Assembly (NCBI GenBank): GCA_965248835.1
Contig: CBDFLJ010000002.1
Span: 128,001 to 192,000 of the forward strand
DNA from: Alphaproteobacteria bacterium
GTDB taxonomy: Bacteria > Pseudomonadota > Alphaproteobacteria > MPNO01
Direction of reading: 5' to 3'
Length of the DNA stretch: 64,000 bases
Position numbers and translations under genes: made by a program. Below the pieces are notes generated by a model, which saw only the letters and a list, made by a program, of their open reading frames with translations, was not told the origin of the DNA and ran no database searches. Below are positions 51,394-63,134 of the stretch, one piece after another (the first letter of the stretch is position 1; every line of letters starts with the position of its first letter).

Positions 51394-52923
51394 ATGGCGG
51401 TCGACCCGCACTCGCCCGACCTCGTGATCGGCGTCGTCGGCACCGGAACCATGGGCCGCGGGATCGCCCAGATCGCTGCCGCCGCCGGCTACCGCGTGCT
51501 GATCTTCGATTCCCGCGATGGCGCCGCGGCCGAGGCGTCGGACTTCATCGCCCGCATGCTGCGCCGCGCGGCCGAGAAGGGATCGATGTCCGAAGCCGAT
51601 GCCGAGGCCGGGATCGCCCGGATTGCGATCGTTGACGGCTTCGGCGCGCTTGCCCCGTGTGACGTCGTGGTCGAGGCGATCGTCGAGGATCTGGAAGCCA
51701 AGCAGGCCCTGTTCGGCGCGCTCGAAGCCATCGTTTCCGGGCACTGCATCCTCGCGTCCAACACCTCCTCTCTGTCGGTCACCGCGATCGCGGCCGGCTG
51801 CAAGTCGCCGGGCCGGGTCGCCGGCTACCACTTCTTCAACCCGGTCCCGCTGCTCAAGGTGGTCGAGGTGGTCGACGGGCTGCTGACCGAGCCCTATGTC
51901 GGCGAGACTCTCGATGCCATCGCGCGGGCTTGCGGACACAACCCGGTGCGCGCCAAGGACAGCCCGGGCTTCCTGGTCAACCATGCCGGGCGCGGCTTCT
52001 ATACCGAGGGGCTGCGGATCGTCCAGGAGGGCATCGCCGATCCCCAGACCGTCGATGAGATCCTGCGCGAGGGCGGCACACGGTTCCGTATGGGTCCGTT
52101 CGAGCTTATGGACACTACCGGGCTCGACGTCTCGGGCGTCGTGATGGAATCGATCTATCACCAGTTCTACGGTGAGCCGCGCTTCCGCCCCGTTGCGCTG
52201 ACCCGCCAGCGCATGGCGGCCGGGTTGTTCGGGCGCAAGAACGGGCGCGGCTATTACGTCTACCAGGACAACAAGAAGATCGTCTCGCCGCCGCCGCCGG
52301 TGCCCGATGCGCGGCCCAAGGCGGTCTGGGTCAGCCCGACCGAGCCGGCCGGCCAGGAAGCCGTGATGTCGGTAATCGCCGAGATCGCATCGATCGAAAG
52401 CGGCGCAGCACCCGGGCCCGAGACCCTGTGCCTGATCACGCCGCTCGGCCAGGACGCGACGACGACAGCCCTTTCTCAAGGGCTCGCGCCCGAGCGGACC
52501 GTCGCGGTCGATACCGCCTTCGGGCTGGCGGGCCGGCGGACGCTGATGACCACGCCGGTGACCGATCCCGGCTTCCGCGACCAGGCCCATGCGCTGTTCG
52601 CCGCCGACGGCACGCCGGTGAGCGTCATCCACGACAGCCCGGGCTTCGTCGCCCAGAGGGTGATCGCCACGATCGTCAATATCGGCTGCGAGATCGCCCA
52701 GCAGCGCATCGCCACGCCGATGGACATCAACATGGCGGTCGAGCTCGGCCTCGCCTACCCGCGCGGGCCGATCGCCTGGGGCGACCACCTGGGGCCGGCC
52801 CGCGTGCTCGCGATTCTGGAAGCGCTATGGTCGTTCTACAGGGACCCGCGCTACCGCTCCAGCCCCTGGCTGATCCGCCGCGCCAGGCTCGGCGTTCCGC
52901 TGACCACCGCGGAAGCGGAATAG
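51394..52923 (+). CDS. 3-hydroxyacyl-CoA dehydrogenase (PaaH-like)
   Basis: GTGTMGRG, EAIVEDL, SNTSSL, HFFNPV, RMGPFEL, LGLAYPRGP. Confidence 0.92.
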   Translation: MAVDPHSPDLVIGVVGTGTMGRGIAQIAAAAGYRVLIFDSRDGAAAEASDFIARMLRRAAEKGSMSEADAEAGIARIAIVDGFGALAPCDVVVEAIVEDLEAKQALFGALEAIVSGHCILASNTSSLSVTAIAAGCKSPGRVAGYHFFNPVPLLKVVEVVDGLLTEPYVGETLDAIARACGHNPVRAKDSPGFLVNHAGRGFYTEGLRIVQEGIADPQTVDEILREGGTRFRMGPFELMDTTGLDVSGVVMESIYHQFYGEPRFRPVALTRQRMAAGLFGRKNGRGYYVYQDNKKIVSPPPPVPDARPKAVWVSPTEPAGQEAVMSVIAEIASIESGAAPGPETLCLITPLGQDATTTALSQGLAPERTVAVDTAFGLAGRRTLMTTPVTDPGFRDQAHALFAADGTPVSVIHDSPGFVAQRVIATIVNIGCEIAQQRIATPMDINMAVELGLAYPRGPIAWGDHLGPARVLAILEALWSFYRDPRYRSSPWLIRRARLGVPLTTAEAE

Positions 52924-53080
52924 GCCCACCGGTCTCCGAAAGGGCTTGCATCGGGCGGGCGGCGGGGACACATTGCTGCGCCTTTCCGGGCCGTGATCCG
53001 GCCCATCCAACCCGCGCGCGACCGAGTCCCCGGGCCTGACTTCGGCACAGCCGGGCCCGGACCAGCCAGGGCAGAACCAC

Positions 53081-55090
53081 ATGCCGTCCGCCAACCCTCC
53101 CGCAAGTCCGGTGACGCACGCGCAGATGGCCAACGCGATCCGCGCGCTGGCGATGGATGCGGTCGAAGCGGCCCGGTCCGGCCATCCGGGCATGCCGATG
53201 GGCATGGCCGATGCGGCCACCGTGCTGTTCACACGGTTCCTGAAGTTCGACCCGACGGCGCCGGATTGGCCGGACCGCGACCGCTTCGTGCTGTCGGCCG
53301 GTCACGGGTCGATGCTGCTCTACGCGCTGCTCCACCTGACCGGATATCCGGACATGACCATGGACGAGCTGCGTGCCTTCCGCCAGCTCGGCGCGCGCAC
53401 CGCCGGCCATCCCGAATACGGCCACACGCCGGGAATCGAGACCACGACCGGCCCGCTCGGCCAGGGATTCGCGAATGCGGTCGGCATGGCTCTGGCAGAA
53501 CGGCTGCTGGCGGCCCGGTTCGGCGCGGAGATGGTCGATCACCGCACCTATGCGATCGCCAGCGACGGCGACCTGATGGAGGGGATCAGCCACGAGGCGG
53601 CATCGCTGGCCGGCCATCTCGAGCTCGGCAGGCTGATCGTGCTCTACGACGACAACCACATCTCGATCGACGGGCCGACCGCGCTCGCCCTGGGCGATGA
53701 CGCTCTCGCCCGTTTCGAATCCTATGGCTGGCAGGTCTCCTCCGTCGACGGCCACGATCCGGATGCGGTCGCGGCGGCGATCGAGGCCGCGCAGGTCTGC
53801 GAACAGCCTTCGCTGATCGCCTGCCGGACGACCATCGGGTTCGGCGCGCCGGCCAAGGCGGGCACCGCCGCCGCACACGGTGCGCCGCTGGGTGCGGACG
53901 AGATCGCCGCGACCAGGACGGCGCTGGGCTGGGACTCGCCGCCCTTCGAGGTGCCTGCGGACATCGTGGCCGCGTGGCGCGCGGCAGGCGCGCGCGGCGC
54001 CGCGGACCGCGCCGCGTGGACGGCACGGCTTCAAGCCCAGCCGGCCGCACGCAGGGCCGAATTCACCAGGCTGGCAGAGGGACGGCTGCCCGACGGCTGG
54101 AAGGAGAGGCTTGCCGAAGTCAAGCAGACCGCGCTTGCCGAGGCGCCCAAACGTGCCACGCGCCAGTCCTCGGGGCTGACCCTGGATGCGCTCGCCCCGG
54201 TGATCCCCGAGCTGATCGGCGGTTCGGCCGATCTGACCGGATCGAACAACACGATGCCCAAGGGGGCGGCCATCGTCGGTCCGGGCGACTTCTCCGGTCG
54301 TTACATCCATTACGGCGTGCGCGAGCACGCCATGGCGGGCGCGATGAACGGCATGGCGCTGCACGGCGGGGTGATCCCCTATGGCGGCACCTTCCTGATC
54401 TTCGCCGATTACATGCGGCCGTCCCTGCGCCTGGCCGCGCTGACGGGAAAGCGGGTCATCTTCGTTCTCACCCACGATTCGATCGGGCTCGGCGAGGACG
54501 GACCAACCCATCAGCCGGTCGAACATCTTGCGAGCCTGCGGGCGATGCCCAACGTCCTGGTCCTGCGCCCGGCCGATGCGGTCGAGACCGCGGAATGCTG
54601 GGAGCTGGCGCTGGAGAATGCGTCCGGGCCGTCGGTGCTGGCGCTGACCCGCCAGGGCCTGCCGACGGTCCGCACTGCCGATGCCGGGGAGAACCTGGCG
54701 GCCAGGGGCGGCTATGTCCTCGCCGGCGCCGAGGGCAGCGCGGCGCAGGCGGCAATCCTCGCCACCGGCTCGGAGGTCGAGATCGCGCTCGCCGCGCGGA
54801 CGGCGCTCCAGGCCGGCGGCGTTCCGACCCAGGTGGCCTCGATCCCGTGCCGGGAACTGTTCGACCGGCAGCCGGCGGACTACCGCGAGACGGTTCTGGG
54901 CGGGGCGGCCGTACGCGTCGCCGTCGAGGCGGCGGTCGGCGACGGCTGGGAGCGCTATCTCGGCACGCGCGGGGCGTTCATCGGCATGAGCGGGTTCGGC
55001 GCCTCCGCGCCCTTTGATGCGCTCTATCGGCATTTCGGGATCACGGCGGATGCGGTCGCGGATGCGGCGCGGGCGCTGTTGGCGACTTAG
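53081..55090 (+). CDS. tkt: Transketolase
   Basis: [44 protein letters not shown]. Confidence 0.98.
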   Translation: MPSANPPASPVTHAQMANAIRALAMDAVEAARSGHPGMPMGMADAATVLFTRFLKFDPTAPDWPDRDRFVLSAGHGSMLLYALLHLTGYPDMTMDELRAFRQLGARTAGHPEYGHTPGIETTTGPLGQGFANAVGMALAERLLAARFGAEMVDHRTYAIASDGDLMEGISHEAASLAGHLELGRLIVLYDDNHISIDGPTALALGDDALARFESYGWQVSSVDGHDPDAVAAAIEAAQVCEQPSLIACRTTIGFGAPAKAGTAAAHGAPLGADEIAATRTALGWDSPPFEVPADIVAAWRAAGARGAADRAAWTARLQAQPAARRAEFTRLAEGRLPDGWKERLAEVKQTALAEAPKRATRQSSGLTLDALAPVIPELIGGSADLTGSNNTMPKGAAIVGPGDFSGRYIHYGVREHAMAGAMNGMALHGGVIPYGGTFLIFADYMRPSLRLAALTGKRVIFVLTHDSIGLGEDGPTHQPVEHLASLRAMPNVLVLRPADAVETAECWELALENASGPSVLALTRQGLPTVRTADAGENLAARGGYVLAGAEGSAAQAAILATGSEVEIALAARTALQAGGVPTQVASIPCRELFDRQPADYRETVLGGAAVRVAVEAAVGDGWERYLGTRGAFIGMSGFGASAPFDALYRHFGITADAVADAARALLAT

Positions 55091-55102
55091 ACGGAGGCGA
55101 TC

Positions 55103-56113
<1,011 letters not shown>

Positions 56114-56120
56114 GACCGCG

Positions 56121-57311
56121 ATGGCGGCCTCGATCGAGGATCTCGATTGCGCCGGCAAGCGGGTTCTGCTGCGCGCCGACCTCAACGTGCCGGTGCGCGA
56201 CGGGGCGGTAAGCGATACCACCCGGATCGACCGGCTGGCCCCGACCATCGAAGAGCTCTGCACCAAGGGTGCCGCCATCGTGGTGATGTCCCATTTCGGC
56301 CGGCCGCAGGGCAAGCGCGAGCCTTCCATGTCGCTCGCACCCCTGGTCGCACCGTTGAGCAGGGCGCTCGGCGGCAAGAACGTGGTTTTCGCCGACGACT
56401 GCATCGGCGATGCGGCCCGTGCGGCGGTCCAGCGGTTGGGCCCCGGCGATGTAGCGCTGCTCGAGAACCTGCGGTTCCATCCGGGCGAGGAGGCCAACGA
56501 CCCGGATTTCGCCCGCGCCCTCGCAGACCTCGGCGATCTCTACGTCAATGACGCCTTTTCGGCCGCCCACCGGACGCATGCCTCGACCGAGGCGATCGCC
56601 CGTCTGCTGCCGTCCGCGGCCGGACGGCTGATGCGGGCAGAGCTCGACGCGCTGGCCGGCGCCCTGGAGAGCCCCGCCCGCCCGGTGGCCGCAATCGTCG
56701 GCGGGGCCAAGGTCTCCACCAAGCTCGACGTTCTGGACAATTTGCTGGACAAGGTCGACCTCCTGGTGATCGGCGGGGCAATGGCCAACACGTTCCTGCA
56801 CGCGCTCGGCACCGATGTCGGCGCCTCGCTGTGCGAGGCCGGGATGGCCGACAGTGCGCGCGGCATTCTCGCCAGGGCTGACGAGATCGGCTGCGAGATG
56901 GCGCTGCCGTCCGATGTCGTCGTCGCCCGGAAACTCGAGGCCGGTGCGGCCGCCGAGACGGTTCCGGTGGCCGCGGTCCCGGCCGCCATGATGATCCTCG
57001 ACCTCGGCCCGGCCACCGCAAAGGGTCTCGCGGCACGGCTTGCGGATTGCGCTACGCTTGTGTGGAACGGCCCGCTCGGCGCTTTCGAGGTCCCGCCGTT
57101 CGACGCCGCGACCAATACGGTCGCCCGCGCGGCCGCCGATCTGACCGGATCGGGCGCGCTGCTCAGCGTCGCCGGCGGCGGCGACACGGTGGCGGCGCTT
57201 TCCCACGCCGGCGTGCTCGCTGAGTTCAGCTACGTCTCGACCGCCGGCGGCGCCTTCCTCGAATGGCTCGAGGGCAGGACACTCCCCGGAGTCGCGGCGC
57301 TGGAAAGCTGA
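56121..57311 (+). CDS. pgk: Phosphoglycerate kinase
   Basis: [40 protein letters not shown]. Confidence 0.98.
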   Translation: MAASIEDLDCAGKRVLLRADLNVPVRDGAVSDTTRIDRLAPTIEELCTKGAAIVVMSHFGRPQGKREPSMSLAPLVAPLSRALGGKNVVFADDCIGDAARAAVQRLGPGDVALLENLRFHPGEEANDPDFARALADLGDLYVNDAFSAAHRTHASTEAIARLLPSAAGRLMRAELDALAGALESPARPVAAIVGGAKVSTKLDVLDNLLDKVDLLVIGGAMANTFLHALGTDVGASLCEAGMADSARGILARADEIGCEMALPSDVVVARKLEAGAAAETVPVAAVPAAMMILDLGPATAKGLAARLADCATLVWNGPLGAFEVPPFDAATNTVARAAADLTGSGALLSVAGGGDTVAALSHAGVLAEFSYVSTAGGAFLEWLEGRTLPGVAALES

Positions 57312-57348
57312 GGCGAACCGGTTCCGCCCAGGTGCGCCGATTCCGTCT

Positions 57349-57897
57349 TCAGGACGGGTCGGGCTTGTAGATCCCCTGGGACTCGACCAGGAAGGCCCGG
57401 TTCAGGCGCGCGCGGTAGTTCTCCATCGCAGCGGTGGCGGCGAGCTCGACAAGCTGTGCGTCGCTGAAATGCGCCTTGGCGGCCCCGTAGACCTCATCGC
57501 TCAGGTCGGCGGGCGTCTGGGTCAGCGCCTCGGCGAAGGCAAGGGCGGTCTTCTCGGCATCGCTGAACAGATCGCTGTTCCACCAGTGTCCGACCGCGGC
57601 AATCTTTTCGTCCGAGCTTCCCGCAGCGCTGCTCCCGGCAGCGTTGGAGTCAATTCAGAACGGACAGGTGACGATCTGGGCGACGCGGACGCAAACCAGC
57701 GAGCGCAACTCGGCCGGCAGCAGCCCGGACCTGGCCGGCGCCGCGCCGAGCGCACGGCTCGCCTCCAGGATCGGCGGGCAGTGCGCCTGGATCCCGGCGG
57801 GGACCGATGGCTGGCCGATCATGCGTTCGGCGGCTTCCATCAGCGGACGCGCCGCGTCGGCCGCCTCGTCCTTGCCCAGGGGCCTGACCCTTGTCAT
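57349..57897 (-). CDS. AhpD/carboxymuconolactone decarboxylase-like protein with in-frame UGA (probable selenocysteine, CxxU)
   Basis: ...VAQIVTCPF-UGA(57655-57657)-IDSNAAG...FSDAEKTALAFAEALT...HFSDAQLVEL..ENYRARLNRAF; frame stays open 101 codons past the UGA. Confidence 0.85.
57617..57654 (-). promoter_or_regulatory. Putative bacterial SECIS hairpin
   Basis: mRNA CGCUGC-CGGGA-GCAGCG stem-loop, loop 18-22 nt after the UGA with G at loop position 2; possible lower UCC/GGA pairing. Confidence 0.7.
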
Positions 57898-58187
57898 TCG
57901 ATTCCCTCCACCAGCATCAGCTTGCTGATCGTCCCGCTCTGGCGCAGGGCGATCAAGGGGGCATGTTCGGGATCGCCGTAATAGGTCTCCGCAGCCTCGA
58001 GGCTGGGAAACTCCAGGACCACCGCGCGGTCCGGCAACTCCCAGTCGCCTTCGAGCTTGCGGGCCGGCTTGGCGCCGACGATCTGGCGCCCGCCGTGCTT
58101 GTCCAGCAGCCGCTTGATGCCCCTGCGGTATTCCTCGACGTGGCTGTCGTCGGTGAAGACGAGCTGGGCGATGATGTAGGCCGGCAT
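57894..58187 (-). CDS. DUF1330 domain protein
   Basis: MPAYII, KHGGR, LEGDW, VVLEFPS.EAA..YY; ATGA overlap with the AhpD-like gene. Confidence 0.88.
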   Translation of the reverse strand: MPAYIIAQLVFTDDSHVEEYRRGIKRLLDKHGGRQIVGAKPARKLEGDWELPDRAVVLEFPSLEAAETYYGDPEHAPLIALRQSGTISKLMLVEGIE

Positions 58188-58296
58188 TCGTCGTCTCCTT
58201 CGTCTTTGCAAACCAAGAACAGGCCCGGTTTGCGCCGGCCCTTTCCTCATTCCGGCCCGTTCCCGATCGCTGGCACCGTCTTTTTGGTGCTGCAGC

Positions 58297-58581
58297 TCAC
58301 CCCTTGTCCTGCTCCGCGGCCTCGGCGCTCGCGTCCGCGATCATGGCGGCCTCCGCCGTTTCCACCGCGTCCGCGTCTTGCTCGTCGTCCTGCAGACGGT
58401 CTTCGAGCGCGGCGAGCTTCTTGTCGGTCTTGAACTGACCCAACGCGTAGACCGCCCAGATGGCCGCGGGGAGCCAGCCGACGACGGTGAGCTGCAGCAA
58501 CAAACAGATGATGCCGGCGATCGGCCGCTTGATGGTGAAAAACAAGAACCACGGGATCAGCAGGGCGAGGATCAGGCGCAT
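58297..58581 (-). CDS. YqaE/Pmp3-family small membrane protein
   Basis: MRLILALLIPW...GIICLLLQLTVVGWLPAAIWAVYAL plus acidic tail. Confidence 0.8.
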   Translation of the reverse strand: MRLILALLIPWFLFFTIKRPIAGIICLLLQLTVVGWLPAAIWAVYALGQFKTDKKLAALEDRLQDDEQDADAVETAEAAMIADASAEAAEQDKG

Positions 58582-58653
58582 CGCAACGGTCTCCTTTCGG
58601 GGGCTTCAATCCGCGTATGCGCCCGGCCCAGTCTCGAGCTATTCGTCAACGGA

Positions 58654-59409
58654 TCATATCATCCGTTCGAGGCGGACGCTGCGCAGGTCCATCTCGTACT
58701 CCAGCCCCTCGACCGGCGGGCGGGCGTAGTGCCAGGTGAGCCCCGCCGGTGCGGCGCCGCGGGCGATGATCTCCTCGGCGAGGAAGGGGTGGATGTTCTG
58801 GACGGTATAGACCTGGGTGGCGGTCGCATCGGCCCAGCCGAGGCCGAGCGCGGCCAGCCTGGTTTCCATCGCCGCCAGCACGAAGCGCGCCTTCTCCAGC
58901 ATCGCGTCCGGACCGGTCTCGCCCGGACGGACGATACCCGACTCGTAGGTCGCCTGTCCCTCCGGTGATTCCGCCGAGCCGGCGATGACGAAGCCCGGCG
59001 CGGCTGCCCGGTCGGCCTGCGGCACGGTATAGCAGAACGCCTCGAAGCTCGGCTCGGGCGGCGGCGCGATCGCCGGACAGACGTTGGAGCGCGCGACCGG
59101 GTTCTCGTCATTGCGGAACAGCCCCCAGCGCTCGAGCGTTCCGACATAGACCCGGTTGAAGTCGACGAACCCGGCCTCGGTGAACGGCGCGGGCGAGCGC
59201 AGTTCGCAGGCGCAAAAGGCGGTCATCGGCCGGCCGAGCGCGGTGACATGGGCCTCGATTGCCGCAAAGCCCTGCTCTATGGGCAGCGGCGCGGCGAAGC
59301 GGGCGCGCTCGATCGTGAAGCCGGGCTCGGCTGCGACTCCGCCCGAGTACTGAAAAGGGCCGCGGACATAGCGATAGCCACCCGCCCCGAACACCGCCGT
59401 CTCAACCAT
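58654..59409 (-). CDS. RidA-like deaminase (CnbZ 2-aminomuconate deaminase-like)
   Basis: FQYSGGVAA, CACELRSPAPF, NPVARSNVCP, TQVYTV, RPPVEGLEYEMD. Confidence 0.72.
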   Translation of the reverse strand: MVETAVFGAGGYRYVRGPFQYSGGVAAEPGFTIERARFAAPLPIEQGFAAIEAHVTALGRPMTAFCACELRSPAPFTEAGFVDFNRVYVGTLERWGLFRNDENPVARSNVCPAIAPPPEPSFEAFCYTVPQADRAAAPGFVIAGSAESPEGQATYESGIVRPGETGPDAMLEKARFVLAAMETRLAALGLGWADATATQVYTVQNIHPFLAEEIIARGAAPAGLTWHYARPPVEGLEYEMDLRSVRLERMI

Positions 59410-59544
59410 TGCGCGCTCCGATCTCCGCCGTTTCCGACAACGCTCGACCAACGCCGGCCGGCCGATCGATCCGCCGCCGCGTTGTCCCGCGCCACCGCGA
59501 TGCCTACAGTCCGGCTTCCGGTAACCGACCGCAAGAGGCACAGG

Positions 59545-60447
59545 ATGAAATACCGCTATCTCGACTGGAAGGTCGAATCCTCGCAGCAGAACCCCGGCGA
59601 CAACGCCATCGGCGTGCTCACGCTCAACCGGCCCGATCACGCCAACGCGATGGGGCCGCGGATGACGATGGAGCTCCACCAGATGGTCGACGAGATCAAG
59701 CATTCGCCGGTCCGGGTGGTGATCATCACCGGCGCCGGCGGCAACTTCTCCGGCGGCGGCGATCTTCAGGTCGAGACCTTGCCGATGGAGGACCAGAGGG
59801 ACGAGTGGGGCGATTACGGCGTCAAGGGGGAGTACGGCGAGATGCTGGTCTGGTTCGCCAACGACTACTTCCACATCATCGCCCAGCGCATGTGCCGGAA
59901 CCTCGAGGACCTGCCCCAGCCGACGATCGCCGCGGTCGACGGAATCGCGGTCGGCATCGGGCTCGAGATGGCGGTGAGCTGCGATCTGCGGATCGCCTCC
60001 GACCGGGTGCGGTTGGCCGAAATCGCGGTGCCGGCAGGTTTCATGAGCGAATGGTCGGCACCGCGCAGCCTGCCGGGGCTGATCGGCCAGACCAAGGCCA
60101 ACGAGATGATCCTGACCGGCCGGTTCGTGCTGGCCGAGGAGGCCGAGAGGATCGGCCTGGTCAACAAAATCGTCCCCGCCGATTCGCTGCTCGACGAGGC
60201 GCGCGCCTGGGCCGGGCGGATGTGCACCTATCCTGCGCTGGGGCTCAGATACGCCAAGGAGACCATCCGGCTCTACCAGAACCAGAACCGGCTGAAGGAG
60301 CACGGCGAGGTCGAGATGGAGCGCATCTTCGAGATCACCCGCACGCCCGACTGCGCCGAAGGGATCGCGGCGTTCCTGGATAAGCGCGCGCCGGTATACC
60401 ACCCGGGCGCTCCGGTCGACAAGCGCGCGCGCTGGCACGACGAATAG
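59545..60447 (+). CDS. Enoyl-CoA hydratase/isomerase
   Basis: LNRPDHANAM, FSGGGD, AVGIGLE, CDLRIAS, EGIAAFLDKRAP. Confidence 0.9.
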   Translation: MKYRYLDWKVESSQQNPGDNAIGVLTLNRPDHANAMGPRMTMELHQMVDEIKHSPVRVVIITGAGGNFSGGGDLQVETLPMEDQRDEWGDYGVKGEYGEMLVWFANDYFHIIAQRMCRNLEDLPQPTIAAVDGIAVGIGLEMAVSCDLRIASDRVRLAEIAVPAGFMSEWSAPRSLPGLIGQTKANEMILTGRFVLAEEAERIGLVNKIVPADSLLDEARAWAGRMCTYPALGLRYAKETIRLYQNQNRLKEHGEVEMERIFEITRTPDCAEGIAAFLDKRAPVYHPGAPVDKRARWHDE

Positions 60448-60514
60448 GGCTTGGTCCGAGCAGGCTGGGCCGGCCCGCCATCGGGAAGCGGGGCGCGGCT
60501 CGGAGGCCGCGGCG

Positions 60515-61288
60515 TCAGGCGGTTCTGGTGAACGCGGCCTCCGCGTCGGTCTTTCCGGCGGCGAACGCGGCCTCGGCTTCGGTCACGAAGTCCTCGATCT
60601 CGGGCCCGGTCATCGCGCCGCGGAACATCTCCGCGCGCATGGCGACCCGCTGGTCGCTGATCGCGCGGATCGCCGCGGTCATCCGTGCCAGGTCGTCCTC
60701 CGAGCCGATCAGCCCGACCGCCTCCTTCGCCATCTCCTTGTAGTGGTCGCGCTCGTCGTCGTAGATCACCTGCATCGCCGCTGCGGTCATGTCTTCCAGC
60801 GTGCCGCCGGACAGCTTCGCCCCTTCACGGAACAGCCGTGCGCCGCCGCCCTCCGTGAACCCCACCGCGGCGCGCTCGATCGGCGAGCCCGACCCGGCAT
60901 AGGCACGCCGCATCTCGCCCAGCTTCCTCTCCTCGGGTAGCTGGACGGTGTCTTCGGGCGAAATCGGCCGACCCGCCAGGTGCTCGAAGACATCGGCCAA
61001 CAGGACATAGTGGTTGAACTCGTCGGTAAGCTGCGACAGTCGGAAGTGGAATTCGTGGCGGTCGAGCGTCTTGTCGACTTCGGGGAAGGCCTCGACCAGG
61101 GATGCGAGCTCGCGGTGCAGGCCGTTGAAATAGCCGTCGACCGGGTTGAGCTCCTTCCAGAGCTGCGCCTTGAGATAGAAGATATGGTCCTGCGGGCTCG
61201 CCTTGGCGAAGAATCGCCGGGCGATCTCGCCTTCGGCCTCCCAGTAGGGCCACGCCGCCGCCAAGAGCCTGTGCTCGATATCCACCAT
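60515..61288 (-). CDS. Uncharacterised ferritin-like (di-iron carboxylate) protein
   Basis: Helical protein with KE...DEFNH and TEGGG...DERDH ligand pattern; GGGGAG RBS before ATG 61288. Confidence 0.7.
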   Translation of the reverse strand: MVDIEHRLLAAAWPYWEAEGEIARRFFAKASPQDHIFYLKAQLWKELNPVDGYFNGLHRELASLVEAFPEVDKTLDRHEFHFRLSQLTDEFNHYVLLADVFEHLAGRPISPEDTVQLPEERKLGEMRRAYAGSGSPIERAAVGFTEGGGARLFREGAKLSGGTLEDMTAAAMQVIYDDERDHYKEMAKEAVGLIGSEDDLARMTAAIRAISDQRVAMRAEMFRGAMTGPEIEDFVTEAEAAFAAGKTDAEAAFTRTA

Positions 61289-61418
61289 GTCTCTCCCCGT
61301 CGCCATCGCGCGATGATATCCGCCCGCCTCATCCGGGCAAGCGTTGCCGTGATGGCCGGGCTCTGAGAAGATGCGCCCGCGCGATGAACCGACCCCAACC
61401 TGGAGGACGCCGCCGCCG

Positions 61419-63134
61419 ATGGCGCATCTGGAGACCGATGTCCTGGTCATCGGTGCCGGTGGCGCGGGCATGTATGCCGCCGTCGCCGCCGAGCGCGCGG
61501 GTGCGGCCGTGGTGCTGGTGGACAAGTCGATGATCGGGCGCGGCGGAGCGACGATCATGGCTCAGATGACGGTGGCCGCCGCCGTGGGCGAGTGGGCTCC
61601 GGACCACTGGACCCATCATTTCGCCGACACCGTCGCCGCCGGGCGCGGGCTTTGCAACGAGCGCCTGTCGGCGATCCTGTGCGAGGAAGCGCCGATCCGC
61701 ATCCGCGAGATGGACGGCTGGAAAGTCGGCTGGGCGCGCGAGGACGGCCGCATGCGGGCGGTGATGGCGCCCGGCCACCACATCCCACGGTGCGTCTATG
61801 TCGATTTCCTCAATACCGGGCCGGCGGTCGCCAAGACCCTGCGGACCCGGGTCGCTCGGGGCAGCGGCATCAGGCGGGTGAGCGGGCTTTCGATCCTCGA
61901 TCTCGTCGTCCATGACGGCCGGGTGGCCGGCGCGCTGGGGATCAACCTCGAGGACGGTGCGCCGGTCGACATCGCCGCACGCGCGGTGGTGCTGGCCGCA
62001 GGCGGGCTTACCCGGCTCTATCGCCGCAACAGCGCTTCGGCCAATATGGGCGGGGATGCCTACGCGCTGGCGCTCGGCGCCGGGGCCGAGTTGATCGACA
62101 TGGAGTTCCCGCAATTCTTCCCGATCGGCCACCTCGCGCCGCGGCTGGTCGGCATGGACCCCATCATGTGGGACCCCTTCCGATACAAGCTCGGCGGGCG
62201 GCTGCTCAACGGCAATCTCGAAGAGTTCATCGAGAACTACGGCGCGCAGGATTCCGGCGTCTATACCGCACCGCGGGATATCACCTCCTATGCCATTTTC
62301 AAGGAGGCCGAAGCCGGCCGCGCCTCGCCGAACGGCGGCGCATATCTCAGCTTCCAGCACATCTCCGAGCCCGACCTGCGTGAAGCCTTCGGCCCGGTGA
62401 TCGACCGGTTGGCCAGCAACGGCATCGACCTGACCGAACGCCCGATCGAGGTCGCGCCGATCGCCCACTACCACATGGGCGGCATCCGGGTTGACGAGAC
62501 CATGGCGACCCGGATCGACGGCCTGTTCGCCGCCGGCGAAGCGGTCGGCGGGGCCAACGGCGCCAACCGGCTGTCCGGCAACGCCATTCCGGAGGCCTTC
62601 GTCTTCGGCGAGCGGGCCGGCCGGTTCGCCGCGTCCCGTGCGGCCGGGAGCGGCTCGTCCTGGCGCAAGGCCGATGACGGACGCGCGGCGGCGCATATCG
62701 GCGCGGTCCATGGCACCGGTACTGCCGATGCCGGGCTCGGCGCGCTGATGACCGAGCTTCAGACGCTGATGTGGGACGATGTCGGGCTGCTGCGGACCGG
62801 GCAGGGCCTGGGCCGGGCGCTCGCAAGACTCCAAGAGATGCGCAGCGGGGATCTGCCTGCGCTTGCACCGGTGCGGACCGGCCATTTCAGCCACGCGCTG
62901 CTCGACTGGTTCGACCTGCGGGCATCGCTGGTCTGCGCGGAATCGGTTGCGCTCACCGCACGCAACCGCAAGGAAAGCCGCGGCGCCCATCAGCGCGAGG
63001 ACCATGCGGCCACCGATCCCGCCTTGGCGCGCAACCAGGTCGTGCGCCAGGCCGGCGACGGCACGCTCGAATGCGACTGGGCGGCGGTGGTCGAGGACCG
63101 CCACGAGCCGACGCCGCTCGAGGCCGCCGAATGA
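61419..63134 (+). CDS. SdhA/FrdA/NadB-family flavoprotein, non-canonical
   Basis: VLVIGAGGAG, HYHMGG, GANRLSGN, ESRGAH; GGAGG RBS. Confidence 0.88.
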   Translation: MAHLETDVLVIGAGGAGMYAAVAAERAGAAVVLVDKSMIGRGGATIMAQMTVAAAVGEWAPDHWTHHFADTVAAGRGLCNERLSAILCEEAPIRIREMDGWKVGWAREDGRMRAVMAPGHHIPRCVYVDFLNTGPAVAKTLRTRVARGSGIRRVSGLSILDLVVHDGRVAGALGINLEDGAPVDIAARAVVLAAGGLTRLYRRNSASANMGGDAYALALGAGAELIDMEFPQFFPIGHLAPRLVGMDPIMWDPFRYKLGGRLLNGNLEEFIENYGAQDSGVYTAPRDITSYAIFKEAEAGRASPNGGAYLSFQHISEPDLREAFGPVIDRLASNGIDLTERPIEVAPIAHYHMGGIRVDETMATRIDGLFAAGEAVGGANGANRLSGNAIPEAFVFGERAGRFAASRAAGSGSSWRKADDGRAAAHIGAVHGTGTADAGLGALMTELQTLMWDDVGLLRTGQGLGRALARLQEMRSGDLPALAPVRTGHFSHALLDWFDLRASLVCAESVALTARNRKESRGAHQREDHAATDPALARNQVVRQAGDGTLECDWAAVVEDRHEPTPLEAAE

